A stretch of 64,000 nucleotides of DNA. Origin: Eledone cirrhosa (lineage: Eukaryota). The stretch is from contig OZ024749.1 of assembly GCA_964016885.1 (NCBI GenBank), positions 14,508,001 through 14,572,000 of the forward strand. Direction: 5' to 3'. The position numbers and the translations under genes were made by a program. Below the pieces are notes generated by a model that had not been told where the DNA came from, made no database searches, and saw nothing but the letters and a program-made list of their open reading frames with translations. Each line of letters starts with the position of its first letter. Position 1 is the first letter of the stretch. Shown in pieces: positions 1 through 13,807 of the stretch.

Positions 1-1753
1 GAATGTTGAAGCATCTTGTATAATGCATGAGTTGGAAATTGAGAACAGAACACAACCTTTTGTGCCCAGGAAACCGAAGATCAATATGAAGGACCACAAG
101 AGGAATTTTGAGATTGACCTGCCAGTTAGATTAATCGCACCTTCAAAATCGGACCTGGGCAAATTAAGCAAAAACATTCTTGACAGGGTGATACTGCAAA
201 TTAAGAACTTGGATTATGTATCTAACCTGAGCTTGTGGAAGGGAACCGGAGAGGTTGTTGAGTGGTTTAGGCAAATTAAATATGACAATAATAATAGGTT
301 TATTCAACTTGATATAGCTAACTATTATTCTTCTATTACCCCTAGTCTACTAAATAAGGCACTAAATTACGCACTCAAACATACGGACCTAACTAGCAAA
401 GAAATGCATATTATATTATCGGCTAGGAAAACTTTGATAGAATTTGATGACAAATTATGGACCAGAGCAGATAGAGATAGCAATTTTGACATAACTATGG
501 GATCTTCCGACTCAGCTCAAGTAACTGACCTTGTGGGCTTATTTTTAATCAATTCGCTACATAGGAAAATACCTGGTACTACCGGAGGTTTATATAGGGA
601 TGACATGCTTTTACTCATTAATAATAATAACCCTGAACTAAATAGAAAATGTAAACAAATTACAAAATTTTTTAATTACTTTAACCTTAAAATAGAAATT
701 GAGAACAACCATAGAATAGTCAATTTCCTAGATATAACATTAAATCTCAACACATGTCTCCACTATCCTTTTCACAAGTTGAATGAAAACTTAAACTATG
801 TCAACTTTAACTCTAACCACCCCAGATCTGTCAAAAACACTATAGTAAACTCAGTCCAAAAGCGTATCTCTAGGATCTCGTCGAATAGAAAGATTTTTGA
901 CGAAAAGGCCCAATACTATAATGATGCACTAGCTAGGGCAGGGTATGCTGATAAGATTGTGTACATAGATAATGATAAACAAACTAAACAAAGTAACAAC
1001 TTTTTTAATTATGGCAACAACATTAACAACTATAATAGAAAGCATTACAATAATTCCAAAGGACAAAAAAGAAATAGAACTAGGAACATAATTTGGTTTG
1101 CCCCCCCTTTCTCACTAAACATTAAAACCCACATCGCTAAATTATTTTTCAAAGCTCTTGATAATCGCTTCCCTAGAACACATAGGTACCACTCAATCTT
1201 CAATAGGCATACAATTAAATTAACCTATTCATCCACCAAAAATTTAGCACAAAATATTAATAGAATAAATAATAGGAACTTAAAAACTACTGATAATAGC
1301 ATAAATAATATACAAGTTAACAAATGCAACTGTAGAGATAGATCTAAATGTCCGTTAAATAACAACTGCTTAGTTAAAAATATAGTATACAATTGTAATG
1401 TTAATACTGACTCTAATTCTTTTAACTACGTCGGTTCCACATCGACGGAATTTAAACTTCGCTATAATAACCACAAGAATTCTTTCACAGATCCAAATAA
1501 AAAATCTTCAACGGCACTATCAGGTGTACTCTGGCAACTTAAGCTAGATAACGTTAGATATTCGACGGCTTGGAATATAGTCTCAAGAGGGATTCCTTTT
1601 AATTCATCCTCTGAGACATGTGACCTCTGCGCAGAGGAGATATTCTTTATACTAAAATCTAAAAATTCCCTTAACCTACGGACAAATTTATTCAGTTGTT
1701 GCAAACATAGATTAAACTCAACGTTTAAATATAAATTTAAATTTAAAATGTAG
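1..1753 (+). mobile_element. Penelope-like retroelement ORF (RT + Cys-rich linker + C-terminal GIY-YIG endonuclease), uninterrupted, 5' end outside window
   Basis: ORF 23..1753 is open back to the window start. RT motifs: FIQLDIANYYSSI, MGSSDSAQVTDLVG, LYRDD, NFLDITL, SNHP. Linker: IIWFAPPFS, CNCRDRSKCPLNNNC. GIY-YIG: IVY...YVG, RYNNH, CDLC..E, CCKH. Confidence 0.93.
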
Positions 1754-2015
1754 TATATTTAGTTTGATTTATATTTATATGAGAACTAGCCGATAAATCT
1801 TTTGATTCCTAAATCTTTGATTCCCTCTTTTTACTGTTTATTTTATTGTATTTATTTTTATTTTTATTTTTTATTTTTATTTTTATCTAAACATTCCTCA
1901 TGAAAAATTAAGCTACCCTAAAAGCCGATGCTCCAAATTTTATGAATTAACCTTACACTTGATAAACTTATATATTAAATATAGGAACATATGTAGACAT
2001 TATTGGACATCATAA

Positions 2016-2051
<36 letters not shown>

Positions 2052-2864
2052 GATATTCCTTGCTAGATGTGATTTGATAGATAATTTTTGGCTTTGTCTT
2101 GTAGTGAACTTGGCAATATATTGTCAATTAACCTTGAAGGGTTGTTCTTTGTGGTTTATTTTTTATTTTTATTTTTATTTTTATTTTTATTTTTATTTTT
2201 ATTTTTATTCTTTTAGTATTGTAGTATTCTATAATATTTTTATATTTTTATTTTTTATTTTTTATTTTATTTTATTTTTATTTTTAATATTTTTATATGT
2301 AAAGTTTTAATACGTAATAATTTTAAAACATAGTATTTTTAATATGCAATATTTTTATTATGTAATATTCTTTCGTAATATTCTTTTTTAGTTTTCTATT
2401 CTATATTTTTATATTTTTATATATTTTTACTTATTATCATTATTATTGTTATCTCTGCTTATAATATAATATATATTTTCGATTAGTATATTGAAATCTG
2501 CTCTCTATTTCTGCTTGATAGATAATCTTGTAGAGTAATCGCAAGAATAATAATAAGCTCAAATGTTTATACCACATTGAGAATGTTTTCCGGTAACTTT
2601 GAATTTGCGGAGTGAATCAGTTGGATTCACATAGACATATGAATTTTTTAAAAAACTAAACATAAGATAATGAATTTTCACGCATTGTGAATACTTGTTT
2701 CATTCAGGAATACTGATATTTACAATATAGTGTAAGTTTTATAAATACTAATACATTAAAACATAGGGTTTTCTACGCCTCGAATATGTCTGGCTATTTT
2801 TAAATTTTTCTCTCTCTATATCTCTCTATATCTCTCTATATCTCCCTTACATTAATACTTGAGC

Positions 2865-2899
<35 letters not shown>

Positions 2900-3262
2900 A
2901 TGCATCATTGATACACTTACTCAAAATGACCTCCCACTACCTAATTTTTCTATATCTATATTTATATATGTATCTATCTCTATTTCCTCTCTCTATATAT
3001 ATATATATATCTCTTTCGGTCTCTTTACATGAAGCTCTTCGCTTTATCTATTTTTCCATCTCTCTATTTTGTCCCATGCATTTCTTCTTTTTCTTCTTTT
3101 TCTTCCTTTTCTTCGTTTCGTCTTTCTTTCTTTCTTATTTCCCTCTTTTCTCTCTCTCTTTCTTTCTCTCTGTATTTTCACTGCTAGAGTGAACCTCTTC
3201 AAATGAAGTTGATGTTTATTACGGTATGTCGAATATATTTATCTATAAAACTGTTTATATTG

Positions 3263-3328
3263 TATTTTGTCTGATGAAGGCATAGCATATTGTTAATATG
3301 ATATCCCCGAAATATATATAATGAAATA
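3263..3328 (+). ncRNA. Minimal type-I hammerhead ribozyme motif in a Penelope pseudo-LTR
   Basis: tattttgt-CTGATGA-stem II (catatt/aatatg)-GAAA-tatata-TA-atgaaata. Homologous copies at 11311 and 55027. Confidence 0.75.
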
Positions 3329-3395
3329 AATATGGTTTTATAAATATAGTTTTCCATTTATTTAATATTGTATATATATATATATATATATATAT

Positions 3396-3525
3396 AGGAA
3401 AATGTATGACCCCGACGGCAGAGCTCAAGCCGTCGAAACCCACATATTACCCAGTCTACTACTCTAAGTATTGAGTACTCTGGTCCGTTATGGTCCACTT
3501 GGTTCCTTACCACAACTACTTCGTT
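3396..3525 (-). mobile_element. Possible tRNA-derived SINE head between (TA)n tracts
   Basis: Non-repetitive 130-bp island with a cgacggc/gccgtcg hairpin and a tRNA-like layout on the minus strand. Confidence 0.35.
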
Positions 3526-3559
3526 ATATATATACATATATATAAACACACACATACAC

Positions 3560-4460
3560 ACACTGTATATTGATTATCATAACATTTATATTTAAAGTGT
3601 ATATATATATATAGTCGCAATATTTATATTTACAGAGTGTATATATATATGTAATCACAGTGTATATATGGATAGTCACATTTATATATACACAGTGTAT
3701 GTAGTCACATTTATATTTACATAGTGGATGTGTATATATATATACATATATATATATAGTCACAACATGTATATATACACAGTGTATATAGTCACATTTT
3801 ATGTATACACTGTGTATATAGGTAGTGACAGCATTTATATTTAGAGTGTATGGTATGTAGATAGTCACAACATTGTGTATATAAGTAGTGACAGCATTTA
3901 TGTTTTCAGTGTATATATTCACATCTTATATATATATTCTGTATACATTGTGTATATATATATACAGGGCTGTCTTAACAGAATTATAGGCCCCCGGGTA
4001 AAGCAGAGCACTGGGGCCCCTACCTACACAACCACTCACAGGAATAAAAATACAAATGGGTCCCCTATCCTCGTGGGCCCCCCGGGTAACTGCCCAGCGT
4101 GCCCATGCGTTAAGACCGTCCTGTATATATAGTCACATCATTTATATTTACAGAGTGTATATAATCACATTTTATATATATTCAGAGTTTTGCACTCTGT
4201 ATACACTGTGTATATATAGGCACATCGTTTATATTTACAGCGTATATATATAATTACGTATTATATATATTCAGAGTATACACTCTGTGTATATAGTAAA
4301 CATCATTTATATTTTCAGAGTGTATATAGTCACATCTTATATATATTCAGAGTATACACTCTGTATACAGTGTATATAGTCACATCATTTATATATACAG
4401 AGTATATACTAACAAAATCTTACATATACAGTGTGTATATAGGTGATAGTGTGTATATAG
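3560..4460. repeat. Degenerate AT-rich minisatellite (tatatagtcacatttatatttacagagtg-like)
   Basis: Recurring agtcacat/cagagtgtata motifs, interrupted by the MITE at 3965. Confidence 0.7.
3965..4123. mobile_element. hAT-like MITE
   Basis: TIRs cagggctgtcttaac / gttaagaccgtcctg (13/15), tatatata on both flanks, GC-rich interior. Confidence 0.75.
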
Positions 4461-4498
4461 GTATTTAATATTGATATACAGATGCATATCAATATTTA

Positions 4499-4620
4499 AT
4501 TGTTTCTACTTTAGGCACAAGGCCAGCAATTAACCAGTACATTACTGGTACTTATTTTATTGACCCCGTAAGGATGAAAGGCAAAGTTAACCTCGGCGGG
4601 ATTTGAACTCAGACTGTAAA
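4499..4620 (-). mobile_element. tRNA-derived SINE family A (5'-truncated)
   Basis: ttgtttctacttt..ggcacaaggccagcaatt...gaccccgtaaggatgaaaggcaaagttaacctcggcgggatttgaactcag, shared with many copies in the window. Confidence 0.85.
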
Positions 4621-4649
4621 ATATTTAATGGAAGCTAAATGGAGATGAT

Positions 4650-4983
4650 GATATATATATATGTGGATCTGTATATATATATGTGGATCTGTATATATAT
4701 ATATGCGTGTGTATATATATATGTGTGTGTGTATATATATATATGTATATGTGTGTATATATATATATGTGTGTGTATATGTATATGTGTGTGTATATGT
4801 GTGTATGTATATATATATGTGTGTATATATATGTATGTGTGTGTATATATGTATGTGTGTGTATATATGTATGTGTGTGTATATATGTGTATATATGTAT
4901 ATGTGTGTGTATATATGTGTGTGTGTGTGTATATATATATGTGTGTGAGTGTATGTATATATGTGTGTATATATATGTATATA

Positions 4984-5071
<88 letters not shown>

Positions 5072-5086
5072 GTGTGTGTTTGTGTG
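4650..5086. repeat. (TA/TG)n compound microsatellite
   Basis: Direct inspection. Confidence 0.95.
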
Positions 5087-5160
5087 CAGGGTGTCCCCAA
5101 AAGAACGATACACACTTTCATTAGAATGCTATTGAAGTGTATATACATTTTTGGGGACAC
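5087..5160. mobile_element. Tiny Tc1/mariner-like hairpin MITE
   Basis: cagggtgtccccaaaa ... tttttggggacac inverted termini, plus inner tacacacttt/aagtgtata pairing. Confidence 0.6.
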
Positions 5161-5374
5161 TCACACACATGCGCTTGTTTGCAGCAGCTGAAGTGATCCC
5201 AGAGGTAGTAGTAACAACAACAACAGTATATACTAGTATAACAACACACTGTAGCAGTATAGTTTATTGCTAAATTGTTCAATCTATCTATATATATATA
5301 TATATGTGTGAATGAAGTAATTCCATCGGAAAAGTCCAGGAAAAAAGAGTGCTCTATGTAGGCAACAGAGCTTA

Positions 5375-5602
5375 ATTATTATTATTATGTAATAAACAAC
5401 ATAAGGCAATTATTCCATTTACCAGTGGTTTCTTAAAAGCAAAAGGTTTTGCTTTCAATCCTCAGAATGAAAAAATCCTGGTTTGTTTATTGAATATGGA
5501 TTCTAAAAACAAAAATGCAATCTATATGAAAGTGAGGCTGGAAAAGGGAGAAGGAAAGGAAAAATAAAATAAAACTACACATGCAAACACACACACAAAA
5601 AA
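5375..5602 (-). mobile_element. Inverted pseudo-LTR of Penelope element 2 (hammerhead motif at 5414-5471, minus strand)
   Basis: Near-exact reverse complement of 8834-9061, joined directly to the truncated RT ORF. Confidence 0.9.
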
Positions 5603-7110
5603 TCCGAGATTGGCCTTGCTAGTAAGAAAATCTTAAGAAAAATAATTCTCCAAATTAGAACTAACACTGACCTTTCACAGTGGCTAAATACTTCCTCTGT
5701 TATTTCTTGGTTCAATAATATACAAGGTAAAAATAAGTGTAGATTTACCCAATTTGATATTGTCGATTTTTACCCTTCTATTACTGTTTCCTTATTAACC
5801 AATGCCTTAGATTTTGCAAGACCCTTCATTAATATCTCTAAATTAGAAGAGGACATTATCTTTCATGCTAGAAAAACTTTACTCTTTACTAATGATAATA
5901 TTTGGGTTAAAAAGTCAAACCCTGAAAGCTCTTTTGATGTTGCAATGGGTTCATATGACAGTGCGGATGTGTGTGACTTAGTAGGATTATTCCTTCTCCA
6001 CACACTCAAAGAGAAATTTCCGTCCCATAATATCGGTTTATACCGTGATGACGGATTAGCAGTTTCTCATACCACCAACGGCCATAATCTTGATAAATTC
6101 CGTAAAGATTTAATTAATACTTTTGCTAATCTTAACCTTAAAATTACTATAGATACGAACCTTACTAATGCTAACTTTCTTGATATTAATCTTGATCTAC
6201 TTACTGCCTCTTTTAAACCCTATCATAAACCTAATGAAAATCTTAGGTATATACACAAAGAGTCTTGCCATCCCCCTATAGTTTTTAATAATCTTATTCC
6301 TAACATTAGCCGTAGGATTTCTACCTTATCTTCGTCTATAGACATTTTTAATAAAGCCGCCCCTTATTATAATAAAGCCCTTAAGAACAGCGGTTTTACG
6401 GAAAAAATTTCTTATTTACCTACTCTCCCCCCCCCCCCCTAAAACTAACCATAATAACAGGAAAAGGAAGATTATTTGGTTCACACCCCCCTTCTCTCTA
6501 ACTGTCAAAACTAATGTAGGTAGGAAATTCCTTGAACTATTAGACAAACATTTTCCTCCTATTCATAGATATTATAAGATTTTTAATAGGAATGTAGTTA
6601 AGATCAGCTACTCTTGTTGCCCATCCATGAAGTCCAAAATCACCAGTTCAAACCGTACGAGGATAAATCCAGGATGCAGTTGCAGGAAGCCGGATGAATG
6701 CCCATTGCAGGGTAAATGTAACACAAAATCTGTCGTTTATGAGGCTAAGATAACGCCAGTTATCAACAACCAGCCAGCCAGGAGTGAGCGATATGTCGGT
6801 ATGACCCAGGACAGGTTTAAAACCAGATTTTACTCACATGTCGCTTCTTTTAAGCACTCTGATAAACGAACATCAAGGGCCCTCGCAAGTAAGGTATGGG
6901 ATCTCAAGGATAGTAATATCCCGTACTCTATTGATTGGTCTATATTAGACCATTCGAGGGAGTACCAAAGGGGCACAAAGAATTGTTCTTTGTGCACCAC
7001 AGAAAAGTATAGGATTTTGCTAAACTTGAGAGCCACTTCCGCTTGCCTTAACTCAAAGACAGATCTTCAGATGCTGTCCTCATCTGAAATCGCATCTGAT
7101 CTGTAACTGG
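5600..7110 (+). mobile_element. Penelope-like element 2, 5'-truncated RT + GIY-YIG, frameshifted
   Basis: Reads KSEIGLASKKIL..FDIVDFYPSI..MGSYDSADVCDLVG..LYRDDGL..NFLDINL..SCHP. Frameshift at poly-C ~6427-6439, then RKIIWFTPPFS..CSCRKPDECPLQGKC..VVY..YVG..RFYSH..CSLC..E. Confidence 0.92.
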
Positions 7111-7474
7111 ATTGACACTCCTATGAGAAATCAACCGCCTTGAACTCCTTCTCTGCTCTTTACTTTTGCTACGGTTTTTATTTTGCTGACTCTACCTTCT
7201 GTACTCTTGTATATTTTAAAAAAAATTTTCTCCCTTACCTCCCCTTATATTTTACCTTCTCTTATGCCTCCCCATATATTCTTTTTGTTTTGCCCTTCAC
7301 ATACCTATGTGTATGTGTATGTATTTTTGTGTGTATATATATATGTGTATATATATATATATGTATGTATATATTTGTGTATATATATATATATATATAT
7401 GTGTGTGTGCGTGTGTGTATGTGTGTATATAATTGTATATTTGTGTATGTATATGTGGATAAACCAGGCTTTTT

Positions 7475-7533
7475 TTCATTCTGAAGATTGAAGGAAACCT
7501 TTTTTTGCTTTTAAGAAACCTCTGGTGAATGGA
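7475..7533 (+). ncRNA. Degenerate hammerhead motif (first 3' pseudo-LTR of element 2)
   Basis: ttcatt-CTGAAGA-...-GAAA-cctctgg-TG-aatgga. The cleavage triplet is GUG, which is non-canonical. Confidence 0.55.
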
Positions 7534-7614
7534 TTAATTGCCTTGTATAGCTTTATTACTTTACTACTATATATGTTTATGTAAGGTTCATTTGTCTTAT
7601 CTAATACTGAGCTT

Positions 7615-8830
<1,216 letters not shown>

Positions 8831-8963
8831 TGTTTTTTTGTGTGTGTGTTTGCATGTGTAGTTTTATTTTATTTTTCCTTTCCTTCTCCCTTTTCCAGCC
8901 TCACTTTCATATAGATTGCATTTTTGTTTTTAGAATCCATATTCAATAAACAAACCAGGATTT

Positions 8964-9021
8964 TTCATTCTGAGGATTGAAAGCAAAACCTTTTGCTTTT
9001 AAGAAACCACTGGTAAATGGA
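8964..9021 (+). ncRNA. Type-I hammerhead ribozyme motif (terminal pseudo-LTR of element 2)
   Basis: ttcatt-CTGAGGA-ttgaaagcaaaa/ttttgcttttaa-GAAA-ccactgg-TA-aatgga. GUA cleavage triplet, all three stems pair. Confidence 0.8.
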
Positions 9022-9054
9022 ATAATTGCCTTATGTTGTTTATTACATAATAAT

Positions 9055-9112
<58 letters not shown>

Positions 9113-9419
9113 ATATGCCTGTCTATATAACTCCATTGATACAGATATATCCTTATAGATTGATATTTATCAACATAATAGTCTATATACCTGCCTATCG
9201 ACATCATATCGTAGATATGTATAGAGTGAGACAAGATAGATACACATATATATATATATCATCATCATCATCAACATCATCATTATTGTTTAGTGTCCAT
9301 TTTCCCTGCTAACATGGAAAATGGACGTGCTGTCTCGTTAGAAATCAGAGGACTGTCTTTCTCACACACAACTGATATATATATATATGTATATGTATGT
9401 ATATATATAAGTATGTATG

Positions 9420-9588
9420 TATGTGTGTGGTTGGTATTAGGAAGGGCATCCAGCTGTAAAAATCCTGGCCAAATTTACATTCCTGCCAGAGCAAGGTACG
9501 GCTTGGCCAATCCTGCTCAGACAACCCTTCTGACCCATGCAAGCATGAAAATAATGGACATTAAATGGTGATGTTGATGATGATGATG

Positions 9589-9590
<2 letters not shown>
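9420..9590 (+). mobile_element. SINE family B (aggaagggcatccagctgtaaaa core, RTE-like (GAT)n tail)
   Basis: Core and tail shared with 9257-9330(-), 14224-14340(-), 19620-19770(+) and 37955-38013(+). Confidence 0.75.
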
Positions 9591-9622
<32 letters not shown>

Positions 9623-9759
9623 CGGGCATATATGTCTCTAAACAGACAACTATTTAGTTTGATACATAAGGTGTACCTTACATACAATTTTAGTTTCACT
9701 GTGGAATGTAAACAAAGTAGATATAACACAGGCTTCATCACTCCTGGGGAGAGTTGAGC

Positions 9760-10370
9760 TACCACCAGATGTAATGAAACTAGAAGACTAACACTGGTGG
9801 TAATTGAGCTACCTTCACACTGACCTTGGTGACAGATGAACTACCACCAAGTGTAATAAAACTAGCAGACCAATCCTTGTGATAGTTGAGCTACCAGCAA
9901 ACTGACCTTGGTGGGAGTTCACCTACCACCAGATGTAGTGAAACCAGTGGACTAATCCATGTATAGAGTTGAGCTAACACCAGATGTAATGAAACCAGCA
10001 GACTGAATTTGGTAGGAGTTGTACTACACCCAGATTTAGTGAAACTAGTGGACTGATCCATGTAGAGAGTTGAGCTAACACCAGATATAATGAAACCAGT
10101 GGACTGATCCATGTAGAGAGTTGAGCTAACACCAGATATAATGAAACCAGTGGACTGATCCATGTAGAGAGTTGAGCTAACACCAGATATAATGAAACCA
10201 GTGGACTGATCTATGTAGAGAGTTGAGCTGACACCAGATATAATGAAACCAGCAGACTGAATTTGGTAGGAGTTGTACTACATCCAGATGTAGTGAAACC
10301 AGTGGACTGATCCATGTAGAGAGTTGAGCTAACACCAGATATAATGAAACCATGTGGGGAGTTGAACTGA
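9760..10370. repeat. 51-bp minisatellite
   Basis: Unit accagatataatgaaaccagtggactgatccatgtagagagttgagctaac, degenerate at the 5' end. Confidence 0.9.
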
Positions 10371-10637
10371 CAATGCTGGGCTCCAGAGTCTGACACCTTA
10401 TCCAGTTCACTGTCTTAGAAGAAATAGTAGAAGTGTTGAATTAATGATAAGAAAATGAGATTTATATACAATAGACTTCTTGTTAACGATGTAATAAGCT
10501 GGTGAACCCAGAGGGGTTTTTTACTTTCTTTTTTTATCTGGCAATATTTTCAGTCTGACTTATGCAATACAAAGAACTATAGTCATGCTACACACACACA
10601 CATGCGCACATGTGTGTGTATATGTATATGTAAATGT

Positions 10638-10827
10638 GCGGTGGATTGGCAGTATTGGTAGAGGGTCGGACGCCATGTTTTGACGTATAGAGTTACGGCC
10701 CTTGCCATTCTGAGTTCAAATCCCGCCAAGGTTTACTTTGCTTTTCATCCTTACGGGGTCTATAAATTAAAGTACCAGTAATGCACTGGGTAAATGCTGG
10801 CCTTGTGCCTAACGTAGAAACAATTAT
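10638..10827 (+). mobile_element. tRNA-derived SINE family A, near full length
   Basis: A-box tggcagtattgg, B-box gagttcaaatccc, core cttttcatccttacggggtc, tail ggccttgtgcct...agaaacaattatt. Confidence 0.85.
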
Positions 10828-10848
10828 TTTAATTTATATTCCTTTGAA

Positions 10849-10968
10849 GTTCCGATGAGCCGCTCTGTCTTTTAAATATGTTAAGTATTTTCAACTGAAC
10901 CAGATCAATTATGATATATAGTCATCTGATCCAGAAATATTATATGGAGTAGCGAAACAATTGTAAAC
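10849..10968 (+). ncRNA. Hammerhead-like motif with long stem II
   Basis: gtt-CCGATGA-gccgctc...gagtagc-GAAA-caattg-TA-aac. Stem III is palindromic, and the core has C in place of U4. Confidence 0.5.
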
Positions 10969-11244
10969 GGACATCATTATTATTATTATTATTATTCTCT
11001 ACATTCCTTACATCAAACTAAAATAGGTTGTCAATCTTTTAATAATGTCTTCCTTGTGAAATTTGTGGTCTTGTTTTGCTTAACTAATGAATATATGTAA
11101 ATATATATATATATGTAAATATATATATATGTAAATATATATATATGTAAATATATATATATGTAAATATATATGTATATATAAATATATATATATATAT
11201 ATATTTACATATATATATATATATATATAAATATATATATATAT

Positions 11245-11415
11245 TCCAACAGTAATGGTTGCATTCTTTAAGGGTATGTCAATATTTATTTATAAAACTG
11301 ATCTATATTATATTTTATCTGATGAAAGCACACCATAATTTAACTTGGTGTCCTTGAAATATGTATAATGAAATAAATATGGTTTTATAAATATAGTTTC
11401 CATTTGTTAATATCA
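11245..11415 (+). mobile_element. Solo Penelope pseudo-LTR with hammerhead (11311-11375) inside (TA)n
   Basis: tattttat-CTGATGA-aagcacacca/tggtgtcctt-GAAA-tatgta-TA-atgaaata, with distal stem atttataaaac/gttttataaat. Confidence 0.8.
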
Positions 11416-11451
11416 TATATATATATATATTTACATTTACATATATATATT

Positions 11452-11525
<74 letters not shown>

Positions 11526-11528
<3 letters not shown>

Positions 11529-11932
11529 TGGCTGCCAACTCGTTTTCGAGTACGGCCACTAGTTTATATCCATGTAGGAGAACCCCTGCCGATGTGCTGA
11601 ACAAGTGTGACATTTTAGTCCAGCCAGCGACTTGAAAACTCTGGTACAAAGACTACACTTGTGACAATTACTGACACATAGTGCTGGGCCCATGGTACCA
11701 TGTGACGACAAGTGCAGAGAGATCTCCAGATATAAAGCAATGCCTGTGTTGTGAAACTTTTATAGTGAGCAAAGGCACTGCACAAAGCCAGTCCCACTCT
11801 CTTAACCAAGATGATATTTACCAAAAAGAAGAACAAGTCAACATCATTGGATACCATCAGGGTTGCAGGTGTTATATCAGAGTTTTCCTTCTCCTAGAAT
11901 TCTGCCTTGACAAAGGCTAAGGGGTCATCTCT
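11526..11932 (+). mobile_element. Dispersed repeat resembling an RTE 5' UTR (second copy inverted at 57768-58187)
   Basis: Highly similar reverse-complement copy at ~57.8-58.2 kb, 5' hairpin actcg-tttt-cgagt, ttttccttctcctag motif. Confidence 0.65.
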
Positions 11933-12027
11933 ACATATATATATATACGTATATATAAATATATATATACATATATATACATATATATATACATATATAT
12001 ATACATATATATATATATGTATATATA

Positions 12028-12390
12028 GAAAAAAAGATGAAATCGAAAATGCAACTGGAGTCTTATTTTTTTTTAAATATATATATTTATTTACCGATTT
12101 CGCAGTTCTTCTGCTTTTCAAAAGTAGAGTTGAGATGGAGGGTCTGTGGTTTTTCTCACATCTGGTTCGTCTCTGAATGTTACTTGTTTTATATGGAAAA
12201 AAGTGGCTCGAAATGCCAGGTTTTTAGAGAAGTAATTTGATTGGTTGGTCAATAATTATAATAAATTTTGCGCCAGTTCGCGTTACAAAGTTCTTCAAAC
12301 AGGGGGGGGGGGGGCAGGTTGTTTTTTCATATATGAGTGTTTGAATTTCTTTTTACTTAAAAAAAGGGGGGCTCACGAAGGCTTTTTTTA
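12028..12390. mobile_element. Dispersed repeat, unknown family (longer copy at 35295-35900)
   Basis: Collinear similarity with 35295-35680. Confidence 0.75.
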
Positions 12391-12423
12391 ATTAAAAAAA
12401 AGCCTTCGTGAGCCCCCTTTTTT

Positions 12424-12660
12424 AAGAGGGCATCAGTGGGGCCTCTTCCTGGTACAATCCCAAATTGCATCTCATCTAGTTTCACCCGGTCCCTAATCAA
12501 CTGTGCTATAACTCTTTCTGTTACTTTCATCAGCTTTATACCTCTATAGTTTCCTCTATCTAGTGCATCACCTTTACCTTTGTAGCAGTTGACAATGATG
12601 CTACTGCACCAATCTTTTGGTATGACACCTAGTATTACCTGGTTAACAATACGTGTGGTT
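12424..12660 (-). mobile_element. RTE-clade LINE RT fragment
   Basis: Minus strand reads VIPKDWCSSIIVNCYKGKGDALDRGNYRGIKL..KVTERVIAQLIRDRVKLDEMQFGIVPGRGPTDA. Confidence 0.85.
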
Positions 12661-12811
12661 ATAGTATTATATATGTGAATATATATATATATATATATAA
12701 TTCCTTACCATACTTCCTTCATTATATATGTAAATATATATATATATATATATATATGTGAATATATATATATATATATAATTCCTTACCACACTTCCTT
12801 CGTTATATATG

Positions 12812-12852
<41 letters not shown>

Positions 12853-12859
12853 ATATATA

Positions 12860-12892
<33 letters not shown>

Positions 12893-13369
12893 TATATGCA
12901 TGCGTATATATATTTATATATTGTATTTATGTATGAATGTGTGTGTATTTATATATATATATATGTGTTCGTATATGAATGTGTATATATATATATATTG
13001 TTTGTGTATGAATGTGTATAAATATATATGTGTGTGTGTGTATAGCTGTGAGAATGGTTTTCAACTTGACATTTAATGTGAGGGAAATAACACGAGCCAT
13101 TTATTCCTTGTTTATTTTCTCATTTCTGTTTTCTTTGTTGTGTTTCTGTGACTTAACAGAACATGTGGTCTTCTCTATACCCATTGTTGTTGTTGTTTAG
13201 CCAAATACTACACCTGACCCTGCTGATCTTTGAACAAAACCTTTACATAATGTACGTATAGGATCACTATGAACGACCACTTTTTTATAAACTAATTTTC
13301 TCAGGGATCCCCATACTATTATAAGCCCAATTTCCACTACACTTACAACTTTCCAGATTGTTAAAACTG

Positions 13370-13807
13370 TTAACCCTTTAACATTTAAACTGGCCATATC
13401 CAACCAGAATTCTCTCACCTCTTTCTGTTCAAACCAGCCATAACCAGCCACTCGACCGATGTTAACCCTTTAGCATTTACATTGCTCTATATATACTATT
13501 GTATTTTTGTGGTAAAGGCTCTATTTTACATAATTATCTCGCATAATATCGAATCTATGAGATTTTGAGAACAATACCTTAACATGAGCATGAGCTGCCA
13601 GTTACAGCCAGTTTAAACAGAAAGAAGTGAGAGAATTCTGGCCGGTTATGGCCGGTTTAAATGCTAAAAAGTTAAGGTATTGTTCTTAAAATAAATAATA
13701 TCAAAATCTCATAGATTTGATATTATATGAGATAATTATGTGAGGTAAAGCCTTTACCGTGAAAATACAATAGTATATATAGAGTAATGTAAATGGTAAC
13801 AGGTTAA
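13370..13807. mobile_element. piggyBac-like MITE with a same-family MITE nested at its internal TTAA
   Basis: TTAA-ccctttaacattt termini, inner inverted copy 13462-13675 bounded by TTAA. Other copies at 13958-14085, 14946-15281 and 40796-41022. Confidence 0.8.

Noticed and set aside
11615-11920. Paired ~80-aa ORFs conserved with 57789-58094
   Set aside because: The conservation reflects two copies of a dispersed repeat and holds on both strands, with no protein motif.
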